This document shows, in pieces, positions 24,685 through 33,103 of a stretch of DNA of 64,000 bases. Position numbers and translations under genes: made by a program. The DNA comes from a virus. The stretch lies in IMG/VR virus record IMGVR_UViG_3300045988_159685. One strand, 5' to 3'. Under the pieces are notes generated by a model. It had not been told where the DNA came from. It ran no database searches and was given only the letters and a program-made list of their open reading frames with translations. Within the stretch, counting starts at the first letter, position 1; the number at the start of each line of letters is the position of its first letter.

Positions 24685-25473
24685 ATGAGACATTACAAAA
24701 TCAAGCACGCCCAGCAGGTATTCAGTGGTTCGACCGCCCCAAAACTTAAGTGCAACGTTATCGACATTGGCGACGCTGTAAAACCAAAGCGACCCGAAAT
24801 TGAGAAGCGTCCACGCAACAATTCACCGTACACCTCACATGGCAAACCCAAGGCAACCCCTGGCGATCCAATTCGAGACATGGCGGATATTCAAAAGGCA
24901 AAAGAGTTCTTGCTCAACAACGGTAAGACTAGACGCATCAGACTTCGTAACTACATGTTCTTCACCCTTGGCATTTCAACGGGACTCCGTGGTGGCGACT
25001 TAGTTAAAATCAAGATTGGCGATGTGATTACTGAGGGCGGTAGATTTAAAAGCTATATCAGCTTGTTCGAGGAAAAGACCTCTAAACACAACAATCCAAA
25101 GCTTAATTCATCATGCCGTGAAGCAATCAAGACATATCTCGACTACATCGGCGACTACTCCCTTGAAGACTATCTGTTCAAATCCGAGAAAGGCGGTTGT
25201 CTTGACCAATCACAAATCTATAGAATCATTCATTCGCTTCAAACCGACCTTGGGCTACCATACCACTTGAGCGCACATAGCCTCAGAAAGACCTTTGGCT
25301 ACTGGACAATAAAGATGCACCCCGACGATTCAAGAGCTCTTGTGACACTCCAGAGAATGTTAAATCACGATTCACCCGAGACTACACTGATTTACTGCGG
25401 AATAACTCAAGACGACAAAGACGCATTCTACGATGACATGGATACACTGTTCGATGAGGCTACAACCATATAA
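24685..25473 (+). CDS. tyrosine recombinase / integrase 1
   Basis: TGLRGGDL (Arg), SAHSLRKTF (HxxR), LNHDSPETTLIY (His..Tyr); SD AAGGAG. Confidence 0.85.
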   Translation: MRHYKIKHAQQVFSGSTAPKLKCNVIDIGDAVKPKRPEIEKRPRNNSPYTSHGKPKATPGDPIRDMADIQKAKEFLLNNGKTRRIRLRNYMFFTLGISTGLRGGDLVKIKIGDVITEGGRFKSYISLFEEKTSKHNNPKLNSSCREAIKTYLDYIGDYSLEDYLFKSEKGGCLDQSQIYRIIHSLQTDLGLPYHLSAHSLRKTFGYWTIKMHPDDSRALVTLQRMLNHDSPETTLIYCGITQDDKDAFYDDMDTLFDEATTI

Positions 25474-25834
25474 CTTCTCGCTACAGGTCTAAGACGTTTA
25501 TACGAAAGCCGACATAAGCCGGCATAAGCAACTTGACAAATCACAGTACGCTGTGCATAAAATGGGCACAAATCTCAAGCCTTGCCAAATCAAGGTTCAA
25601 TGCAGTTCTAGCCGACAGTAATTAAGCAAAGAAAATCCTGCCGCATTGAATTGGCAACAAACTTGAGTGCGTTTGTCCGAAGTGACAGGTCACTGGAGAT
25701 TAAACTCTGTCACTGGTCTTGTGAATGCAGGTACATCCATAGGTGAAAATTTGCAAGCCCCGATTTATTTGGCATAAGAAAAAAAGAAAAGAAAGAAGCA
25801 AAGAAAAGAAATAAAAGAATTATTATATATTATA

Positions 25835-25854
25835 ATATATATATATATATATAT
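25835..25854. repeat. (AT)10 microsatellite
   Basis: Read directly. Confidence 0.8.
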
Positions 25855-25857
25855 TAA

Positions 25858-25893
25858 TTCTTAAATCACTAGATTTATCTAGTGATTTAAGAA
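25858..25893. repeat. 36-bp perfect palindrome
   Basis: TTCTTAAATCACTAGAT-TT-ATCTAGTGATTTAAGAA. Confidence 0.85.
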
Positions 25894-25952
25894 GAGACAA
25901 TAATCTAGTATTATAACTATTCTTGAATAATAAATATAAGATTATTGTCTCT
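25893..25952. repeat. inverted repeat, 14-bp arms, 32-nt AT-rich loop
   Basis: AGAGACAATAATCT...AGATTATTGTCTCT. Flanked on both sides by A/G-only tracts (about 25787..25820 and 25953..25985). Confidence 0.8.
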
Positions 25953-26044
25953 AAAAGAAAGAATAAATAAGAAAGAAAAGAATTGAATCAATGCCAATAT
26001 CTTTCAAACCCATTTGACGGTTAAGACCAATAAAGGAGAAAGAT

Positions 26045-28768
26045 ATGGCATTAAACAAATTATACTATGTGTACGGACTTGATACTGCGTGCCTTTATAC
26101 ACCAGAGGAAAGTGCTATTGAACAAAAAATTATCAAGGCACGTTGCCTTCGAGCTACGCTCAAAGACAGAATTGCCAAACAAAAGATAACCCCTTGTCTT
26201 TGTAAAGGTAAAAAAACTATAGCAAACAAAGACAACAAAGCCCCATACGTTGGAAAACATCAGAAGCGTCTGCGTTTTCTCAACGATTACATAGCCAGTC
26301 ATAAAGCATTACTTAAGCAGGAGCTTGCCAAAAATGTATCACTCACACGAACCGTGATACCTGACAAGCTCAATATACGTCGCCAGATTTCAATATTTGG
26401 CTCTTCCCTTACAAGATATTTCAACCTAAAGGAAAGAGAGCTTAATGAAGAAATCGTGATTGTAAAAGTTTACTTCTTCGATGTCGCCAAGAGCATTGTG
26501 AAGAACGGCTTTTACATGAATGGTCACAAATACGTTTTCTTCTCAAGTAGTGCGGGGCAAATCAGAACCAAAAAGCTCGTGGCCGTTCGTGAAGATTTAC
26601 TCAACAAGTATTGGAACGCATTGACGGCAGGCTTGACAATTGAAAAGATTAATGAGCAAGGCGGCATGAATGTAAATAAATTTCTTGCCTACCTTGCTCT
26701 TTGTAATTCAGCTACTGATTTATGGTGTGACTTCAACATTGACGAGTGTATTGTAGTTGACGACTTTGAAACGCTTGTGCATGGTACGGTTGACTTTATA
26801 GACGATAAGACCTATAGGATTGAAAGACAAGAAATGAATATACCGATCACGCACACCGATGGCTGTGGAATGATACTTCCAGAACTGAGTACAAAAAATT
26901 TCATGACAAGATTGCCATGGGTCAAAGGTCTGCTAGCAAGTTTTGACTTTGTGAAGTTTATCAAGGATAATAATTGCGACCCCGTGATTACTGACGTCTA
27001 CGGCGATAAGCATAATATCCTTGAGGAAAATATCAAAATCATATTTACCAAGAGTCAGTTCAAAATGTGGAAATATTATTCAAACTGGGGTGAATATAAA
27101 AACAACTTCAAGAAATATGGAAGCACCGCAGGCAAGTGTAACATAGAAGAAGGATATATCCCATATGCAACGATCAACTACCAAATGATACAGACACTAA
27201 TTGATACCACTGACAATGAGATAGCCGCACTTGCTCGTAAGAGCATGAACGATATTCGCAATCTCGCAACCGATAAAGCAACAATGCTCAAGGTTTTCGG
27301 AGCTACAAGCTACAACAAAAATATGAACGGCTTTCAAAAATGTCTTAAGTTATATCCCGAGCTTTTATCAGACCCATATTCTCGTGCCGCCCTTAAAGAC
27401 ATCAAACATAGCCTTGAGACAGATCAGTGGGCGGCCAAATTCAAAACAAGCGGTAAATACACGTTTGTTGTTCCAGACCTTTATGCGTTCTGTGAATATT
27501 TATTCTTACATATATCAAATCCTAAAGGACTTTTAAGCAACGGTGAAGTAAGTTGCAAACTGTTCAAAGATAATATTGAGCTTGATTGTTTACGTTCGCC
27601 GCACCTCTACATCGAACATGCCATAAGAACAAATCGTCATGTTGACAGTTGGTTTAATACAGATGCAATCTATACAAGTTGTGCCGACTGTATATCGAAA
27701 GTTTTGCAGTTCGACAACGACGGTGATAAACTATTGGTGATTCCAGATGAAACACTAATAAACCTTGCTAAACGAAACTTGCAAAAGTATGACATAGTAC
27801 CGCTCTTCTATAACATGGCTAAGGCGGGGGCAAAAGAACTTACTCCCGATAGCCTGTATGATGGATTAATATGTGCCTACACTGGTGGCAATATTGGCGA
27901 AATAAGCAACGCCATTACCAAGGTTTGGAATAGCGGAGTAATCGACCAAGAAAAAATCAATGTTGTTAAATGGCTTTGTATGGAAAATAACTTCGTCATA
28001 GACTACGCCAAGACCTTGTATAAACCCGTTCGTCCTGATTGGGTAAACGAAATTATTTCTAAGCACGTCAAGAGCAGAGTTCCACATTTCTTTCAATATG
28101 CTAAAGGCAAAGAAACCAATCAAGTAGAAGAAAGAGGTTTAAACACGGTTGACAGAATTAAGTCGTTGACCCCTATACAAAAGCTTAACTTTAATTTTAA
28201 GAACGACAATGTTGGAAAGTTTGATTATAGATTTCTGCTAAAAAACAAAGAAATTGAAGTCGATGAGAATGTGCTTCAACGCTTTAGGGATATATCAAGC
28301 AATCTAAGGTTTTGTGACTCAGATGGAACGGCACTTAACTACCAAGCCGTATACGATCAAGCGAAAGAAGAAATGCTTATGCTCGGTCATAACATTGACG
28401 ATGTTGTAGATATGCTTGTAGAGGATTTATTTCACAGTAGACGTGTTGAAAAGAAAAAAGCATTTTGGGAAATGTTTGGCGAAGTTGTGTACGAACATTT
28501 GTCGAACAATTTATCACAAAATTATATCCAGTGTGCTCACTGTCAGAAAAGATTTTATCGTGAAAACTCGAAACAAATTTACTGCAACAAATGTCAAAAC
28601 AAGAAGTCCATCAAAGCAAATACCAAGATTCTTCAATGTGCAGGTTGCGGCAAAACCATAACAGTAAGTACAAGATGTCATCGTGAAGCCTACTGCCCTG
28701 AGTGTAAAATTCATGCAAGAAATGCGGCAAGACTGAGGGCGTATTATAAAAATAAGCATCTTGTGTAG
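26045..28768 (+). CDS. candidate single-subunit two-barrel (YonO-like) RNA polymerase with C-terminal zinc ribbons
   Basis: LRSPHLYIEHA (R517), then QFDNDGDKLLV 40 aa later (nt 27713..27727). This mirrors beta-prime NRAPTLHRLGIQAF...NADFDGD. N-terminal FFSSSAGQIRTKK. C-terminal CAHCQK..CNKCQ and CAGCGK..CPECK. Confidence 0.6.
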   Translation: MALNKLYYVYGLDTACLYTPEESAIEQKIIKARCLRATLKDRIAKQKITPCLCKGKKTIANKDNKAPYVGKHQKRLRFLNDYIASHKALLKQELAKNVSLTRTVIPDKLNIRRQISIFGSSLTRYFNLKERELNEEIVIVKVYFFDVAKSIVKNGFYMNGHKYVFFSSSAGQIRTKKLVAVREDLLNKYWNALTAGLTIEKINEQGGMNVNKFLAYLALCNSATDLWCDFNIDECIVVDDFETLVHGTVDFIDDKTYRIERQEMNIPITHTDGCGMILPELSTKNFMTRLPWVKGLLASFDFVKFIKDNNCDPVITDVYGDKHNILEENIKIIFTKSQFKMWKYYSNWGEYKNNFKKYGSTAGKCNIEEGYIPYATINYQMIQTLIDTTDNEIAALARKSMNDIRNLATDKATMLKVFGATSYNKNMNGFQKCLKLYPELLSDPYSRAALKDIKHSLETDQWAAKFKTSGKYTFVVPDLYAFCEYLFLHISNPKGLLSNGEVSCKLFKDNIELDCLRSPHLYIEHAIRTNRHVDSWFNTDAIYTSCADCISKVLQFDNDGDKLLVIPDETLINLAKRNLQKYDIVPLFYNMAKAGAKELTPDSLYDGLICAYTGGNIGEISNAITKVWNSGVIDQEKINVVKWLCMENNFVIDYAKTLYKPVRPDWVNEIISKHVKSRVPHFFQYAKGKETNQVEERGLNTVDRIKSLTPIQKLNFNFKNDNVGKFDYRFLLKNKEIEVDENVLQRFRDISSNLRFCDSDGTALNYQAVYDQAKEEMLMLGHNIDDVVDMLVEDLFHSRRVEKKKAFWEMFGEVVYEHLSNNLSQNYIQCAHCQKRFYRENSKQIYCNKCQNKKSIKANTKILQCAGCGKTITVSTRCHREAYCPECKIHARNAARLRAYYKNKHLV

Positions 28769-28786
28769 TACAACAAAACTAAAACG

Positions 28787-28831
28787 AAATCCCCGTAAAC
28801 GACGTATCTACGTTGTTTGCGGGATTTTTTT
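28787..28831 (+). terminator. rho-independent terminator
   Basis: ~19-bp stem AAATCCCCGTAAACGACGTA / TACGTTGTTTGCGGGATTT followed by T-run. Confidence 0.8.
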
Positions 28832-28983
28832 GTATATAAATTTCAAAAAATTACACCCCTTATGGAGAGGAAAAGTCAATATACAAAGAACGGGCTGTCC
28901 TACGCTAGCGTTATAATCTTATCAAGTGCGCAGTTATAAGTTAGGATATATCTCCAAAAATATAGAACAAAAGGATTAGATAA

Positions 28984-29157
28984 ATGATTGAAATTAACAA
29001 GTGGGAAGAAAAACAATTAAGAAAGACCATACCGAACCTGTGCGTTGCAAGAACTGGTAAAAGTAAAAAAGCAAAGCGTGGTAAAATATATGCTGAGCCT
29101 ACACGCAAGGTGTTATCTACGCTAAAACGGATTCGTGAAGTTGACTACATCAACTAA
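28984..29157 (+). CDS. possible small basic protein (57 aa)
   Basis: MIEINKWEEKQLRKTIPNLCVARTGKSKKAKRGKIYAEPTRKVLSTLKRIREVDYIN; AAGGA upstream. Confidence 0.4.
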   Translation: MIEINKWEEKQLRKTIPNLCVARTGKSKKAKRGKIYAEPTRKVLSTLKRIREVDYIN

Positions 29158-29174
29158 GGGCAAATGGTGGATAT

Positions 29175-30362
29175 ATGAGTTATAAATATCAACGTTATGA
29201 AAATGAAAGCCCCGAAGAATTGATATTCAGGATCTGTAGTCACAAAAATGAAATTGGTACATGGAGCGACGTAGGTAGGGTGTTGAACGAATTACTTGGT
29301 GAAAACTATACCGAGTCTGCTTACCGCAAAAAATATCAGAGCTTTGAAAAAATGTTCTCAGGCAATCAGAAACTGTTTTCTGATAATGAAGAAGTCTTAT
29401 CGGAAATATCAGAGCAAAGACGTGAGCTTGAAAAAGAAAAGATTAAATTCCGTGATGAAAGAAACGCTTGGAACAAACAGAACCGCATTGCGGCAAGAAC
29501 TGAACAAAAATTAGATTATCTTGAAGAACAGCTTGTCTCCATGGGTAAAGTGAATTTTAGCAATCATACCACACCTGTAACAGTTAGAGGTAATTCAGAT
29601 TTGCTTATTACAATTAGTGATATTCACTATGGACTTAATTACAACAATTACTTTGGGACGTATAATTCTGACATATGCAAAAACTATCTTGCTAAATATC
29701 TCGAAAAGATTATAAGCATTGGATCACGTCATAAGGCAAGAAATATTCACGTCGTAATGTTAGGCGATATAATTTCTGGCTCAATACATAAGTCGATTCA
29801 AATTGCTAACCGCGAAAATGTCATAGAGCAGATTAAAGGCGTGTCTGAGTTATTGAGTTCATTCGTATATGAACTGTCGAATCATTTTGCAAAAGTCACA
29901 GTCACAAGCGTATCAGGAAATCATTCGCGTCTTGACAAAAAAGATGAAGCACTTCATGACGAAAGACTCGACGACATCGTTTCGTTCATAATGGAAAAGT
30001 CATTAAGCAATGTTGACAATATCAGTTTTCAAACTTACTACAATTTTGATACAAGCATAGCAAGTATTAAGATATGCGGCAAATTGTATTTCCTTGTACA
30101 CGGTGACTATGATACACCAAATGAGACAGGCGTAATGCGCCTATGTAGTATGGTTGGAAACATCCCGTATGCAATAATCATGGGTCATAGACATTCGGCG
30201 GCGTACAATGAAATCAACGGGATTGTTATTGTGCAAAGCGGTTGTTTGTGCGGAAGTGGCGATGACTATACGATACAAAAGCGTCTTAGTGGTTTGCCGA
30301 GTCAGACAATTTGTGTATGCTCCGAACATGGCATAGATTGTATGTACCCAGTGAAATTTTAG
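29175..30362 (+). CDS. calcineurin-like metallophosphoesterase with N-terminal coiled coil
   Basis: Ordered motifs ISDIHYG, VMLGDIISG, SGNHSR, LVHGDY, MGHRHS. Confidence 0.75.
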   Translation: MSYKYQRYENESPEELIFRICSHKNEIGTWSDVGRVLNELLGENYTESAYRKKYQSFEKMFSGNQKLFSDNEEVLSEISEQRRELEKEKIKFRDERNAWNKQNRIAARTEQKLDYLEEQLVSMGKVNFSNHTTPVTVRGNSDLLITISDIHYGLNYNNYFGTYNSDICKNYLAKYLEKIISIGSRHKARNIHVVMLGDIISGSIHKSIQIANRENVIEQIKGVSELLSSFVYELSNHFAKVTVTSVSGNHSRLDKKDEALHDERLDDIVSFIMEKSLSNVDNISFQTYYNFDTSIASIKICGKLYFLVHGDYDTPNETGVMRLCSMVGNIPYAIIMGHRHSAAYNEINGIVIVQSGCLCGSGDDYTIQKRLSGLPSQTICVCSEHGIDCMYPVKF

Positions 30363-30512
30363 CACACTCAATAATCTGTATGGGCAATCAAAAAAATAAA
30401 TATTCATTGAAGACTTATAATCTTCATGATTACACCAGGAACCCAACACGCCTCCTAGCAGTGCGTACCACGTTGGGTCTTTAAATTAATTTAGAATGTG
30501 AGGAAAAATAAA

Positions 30513-30791
30513 ATGGTAAAGAAAGATATTATAACAGCCGTATCAAAGAGAACTGGCTTTACAAGAGAAAATTCTGAGGCTGCTATTAATGCAGCAATTG
30601 CGGCAATCGTTGACGCTATCAAATCAAATGAGGAAGTAAGAATTATGGAGCTTGGAAAACTTGAGCCAGTTGTTAGAGCGGCACGCAATAGACATAATCC
30701 AAAGACTGGTGAGAAGATATTTGCTCCAGCCTACAAGAGTTACAGATTCAAGATGAATTCTGTGCTCAAGGATTTTGTCAGAAACAACTAA
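30513..30791 (+). CDS. HU/IHF-family DNA-binding protein
   Basis: MVKKDIITAVSKRTGFT...AARNRHNPKTGEKIFAPAYKSYRFKMNSVLKD; SD GAGGAAAA. Confidence 0.85.
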   Translation: MVKKDIITAVSKRTGFTRENSEAAINAAIAAIVDAIKSNEEVRIMELGKLEPVVRAARNRHNPKTGEKIFAPAYKSYRFKMNSVLKDFVRNN

Positions 30792-30866
30792 TTATAGCAT
30801 ATTCAAATCTCCTTTTCAGTGTCTTAATATTGACAGATAGAGGACGGCAATAGTCGTCCTTTACAT

Positions 30867-30942
30867 TGCGGAGTAGAGAAAAGGTATCTCGCTTGTTTCA
30901 TAGGCAAGAGATTATTGGTTCGAGTCCAATCTCACGCAACCA
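30867..30942 (+). tRNA. tRNA-Met(CAU)-like; acceptor stem has a bulged A (possible pseudogene or attP core)
   Basis: TGCGGAG-TA-GAGA-AAAGGTA-TCTC-G-CTTGT-TTCATAG-GCAAG-AGATT-ATTGG-TTCGAGT-CCAAT-CTC(A)CGCA-A-CCA. Confidence 0.5.
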
Positions 30943-31012
30943 ATTGGGGTACGGTTTATGAGGTTTTGTAGACCCATAAAAACAAAACCTAAAATGAAAG
31001 AAAGGAGACGCT

Positions 31013-32029
31013 ATGTCAAAGGTATCAAAACTTCCGCCTGTTACGCAGGAAGAGTGGAACAAAGTAAACGACTTTAACAAATTTATATTTGAAGATTTTA
31101 TAACGAACAGCACAGAGCTATCGCCTAAAACAAAAATTGCTTATGAGTCAAATTTAAAAATTTGGTTTATTTGGGTCAAAGATAATCTTAATAACAAATC
31201 TCAGATCGACATTAAACCTTTAGACTTTAAGCGTTTTCAAAACTGGATGGTCAACCGTGGTTGTTCAAGTGCAGATTGTGCAAACAAAAGAGCGGCAATT
31301 AGCTCGCTTAATAATTACATAGATGTTTACTATAGGGACGATTATCCACAATTTCGCAATTTTATTAATAAGAGTATAGCACGACCGCCAAAGGCTTTTG
31401 TAAATGAGAAGCAACCACTGACGAAAGAGGAATTTGCAAATCTTATTTCTGTTCTCGAAAAACGTGGTGATTGGCAAAAGGTTGCCTATCTTAAATTTAC
31501 ATTAGATACAGGATGTCGCCGTGCTGAGAGCATACAAGTGAAAAAGGATTTTGTAAACATCAAGCCGACCATAAAACACAAAACCCATATTGACGAAAAT
31601 GGTAACGAAGTAACAAAAGAGATTAAGTATTATGTTACCCCTACTATTCGTTGTAAAGGAAAGGGTACGGTTGGTAAAGAAAGAAAGTTTAAATTCTCAC
31701 AGGATACAATGGATGCATTTAAGAAGTGGATTGAAGTTAGAGGTGAAGACGATTGCCCAGACATGTTTATTTCTAAATATGCCGGAAAAGTAAAAGGCAT
31801 AGCAGAGAACACGTTAAACAATTGGGCTACTCATGTATTTACACCTATCGTCGGCAGACGCTTTCATCCGCATCTTCTAAGAGAGTCTAAGGCAACTCAG
31901 CTTGCAGTCGAAGAAGGAAAAGACATTTCTGTAATCCAAAGTCTATTAGGCCACGAGTCATCAGAAACTACACAAATTTATATAATCCGTGACGAAACCG
32001 ATGACCTCGACGAGTTGTTTGAAGAGTAG
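31013..32029 (+). CDS. tyrosine recombinase / integrase 2 (XerC/D-like, with N-terminal SAM-like domain)
   Basis: GCRRAES (Arg), HPHLLRESKAT (HxxR), LLGHESSETTQIY (His..Tyr); SD AGGAGA. Confidence 0.85.
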   Translation: MSKVSKLPPVTQEEWNKVNDFNKFIFEDFITNSTELSPKTKIAYESNLKIWFIWVKDNLNNKSQIDIKPLDFKRFQNWMVNRGCSSADCANKRAAISSLNNYIDVYYRDDYPQFRNFINKSIARPPKAFVNEKQPLTKEEFANLISVLEKRGDWQKVAYLKFTLDTGCRRAESIQVKKDFVNIKPTIKHKTHIDENGNEVTKEIKYYVTPTIRCKGKGTVGKERKFKFSQDTMDAFKKWIEVRGEDDCPDMFISKYAGKVKGIAENTLNNWATHVFTPIVGRRFHPHLLRESKATQLAVEEGKDISVIQSLLGHESSETTQIYIIRDETDDLDELFEE

Positions 32030-32037
32030 GTGACGGT

Positions 32038-33093
32038 ATGGGAAGACAAAAACAATCGTTATCTAAGAGACCGTCAGTTGCTACAAAAGAAAGCAAAAAA
32101 GAGCCTAAGACTAAAAGTATAGTCGAAGAACGTGAAAAAGTAATGACTCCTGAAAAGAAAGAGTACCGATATACATGTCTTTCTTGTCATTGCAGTGCAA
32201 ACAATCCTGTAAACTTTCCTATTTCATACAGTGTTATATATGCTGGCAACGATCACCGCCTGCCATATTGTCGTGATTGTTTAAACGCTATGTGGGCCAT
32301 TGTCGCAAAAGATTATTCAGATTATCAGGACATTTACCGCAGGATTTGTATGTACTTCGATATCTATTATAATGCAGAAGTAGCCGAGATAGCTTATAAA
32401 GAATCTGAGAGTGAAAAACGTGTTTCAAGATATATCACAAAAATAAATCGTTATCCATATAGCAACAAAACTTACCAAGATACAATTAAAGAAGATATGT
32501 CTAAAAGGCATACAGAAAATTTCGATGGATTGTATGAACCAATAGAGAAAACTGTTCCTCATGAAATCATTGACTTTTGGGGAGCTGGATTGGAAAGTGC
32601 TTCTGATTATCAAGAACTACAGGCTTCTTATGAAAAGTGGAATTCAGAGGTCGAGTGTTCAAAGCCTTCGCAAAGAATTTTAATTAAACGAATTTGTTTC
32701 AATGAGCTTAAAACTCATAAAGCAATGATTGCGGGAGACGACACTACTAAGCTTACCGACGAACTCAACAAATTACTTGATAGTGCAAAGCTACAGCCAA
32801 AACAGGTTAAAGATGTTTCAATAGCCGACGAGAATACATTTGGAACACTTATAAAGAAATGGGAAGATGAAGAACCAGTTCCAGAACCGCTCCCTGAGTT
32901 TAAGGATGTTGACGGTATTATAAAATATATTAGCGTTTGGTTCTACGGGCATCTTGCAAAAATGTTTGGCAAAAGAAACAAATGGGGAAAACTTTACAAC
33001 GACGAAGTTTCAAAATATACAGTTACTCCACCTGAGTATAATTCCGAAGATGATGACATAGACTTTGAGTCAATCTTTGGTGCAGATGAGTAG
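32038..33093 (+). CDS. putative terminase small subunit / DNA-packaging accessory protein
   Basis: Sits immediately upstream of terL. Basic N-terminus, Cys cluster CLSCHC...CRDC, acidic C-terminus. Confidence 0.4.
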   Translation: MGRQKQSLSKRPSVATKESKKEPKTKSIVEEREKVMTPEKKEYRYTCLSCHCSANNPVNFPISYSVIYAGNDHRLPYCRDCLNAMWAIVAKDYSDYQDIYRRICMYFDIYYNAEVAEIAYKESESEKRVSRYITKINRYPYSNKTYQDTIKEDMSKRHTENFDGLYEPIEKTVPHEIIDFWGAGLESASDYQELQASYEKWNSEVECSKPSQRILIKRICFNELKTHKAMIAGDDTTKLTDELNKLLDSAKLQPKQVKDVSIADENTFGTLIKKWEDEEPVPEPLPEFKDVDGIIKYISVWFYGHLAKMFGKRNKWGKLYNDEVSKYTVTPPEYNSEDDDIDFESIFGADE

Positions 33094-33103
33094 GTGATAC
33101 TTT

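Noticed and set aside
25787-25985. Repeat-rich AT block considered as a possible CRISPR array or mini-array.
   Set aside because: It has no regularly spaced direct repeats with unique spacers. The elements are palindromes, a dinucleotide microsatellite and purine tracts.
30898-31113. 71-aa minus-strand ORF.
   Set aside because: It overlaps the tRNA-Met-like element and the 5' end of integrase 2.
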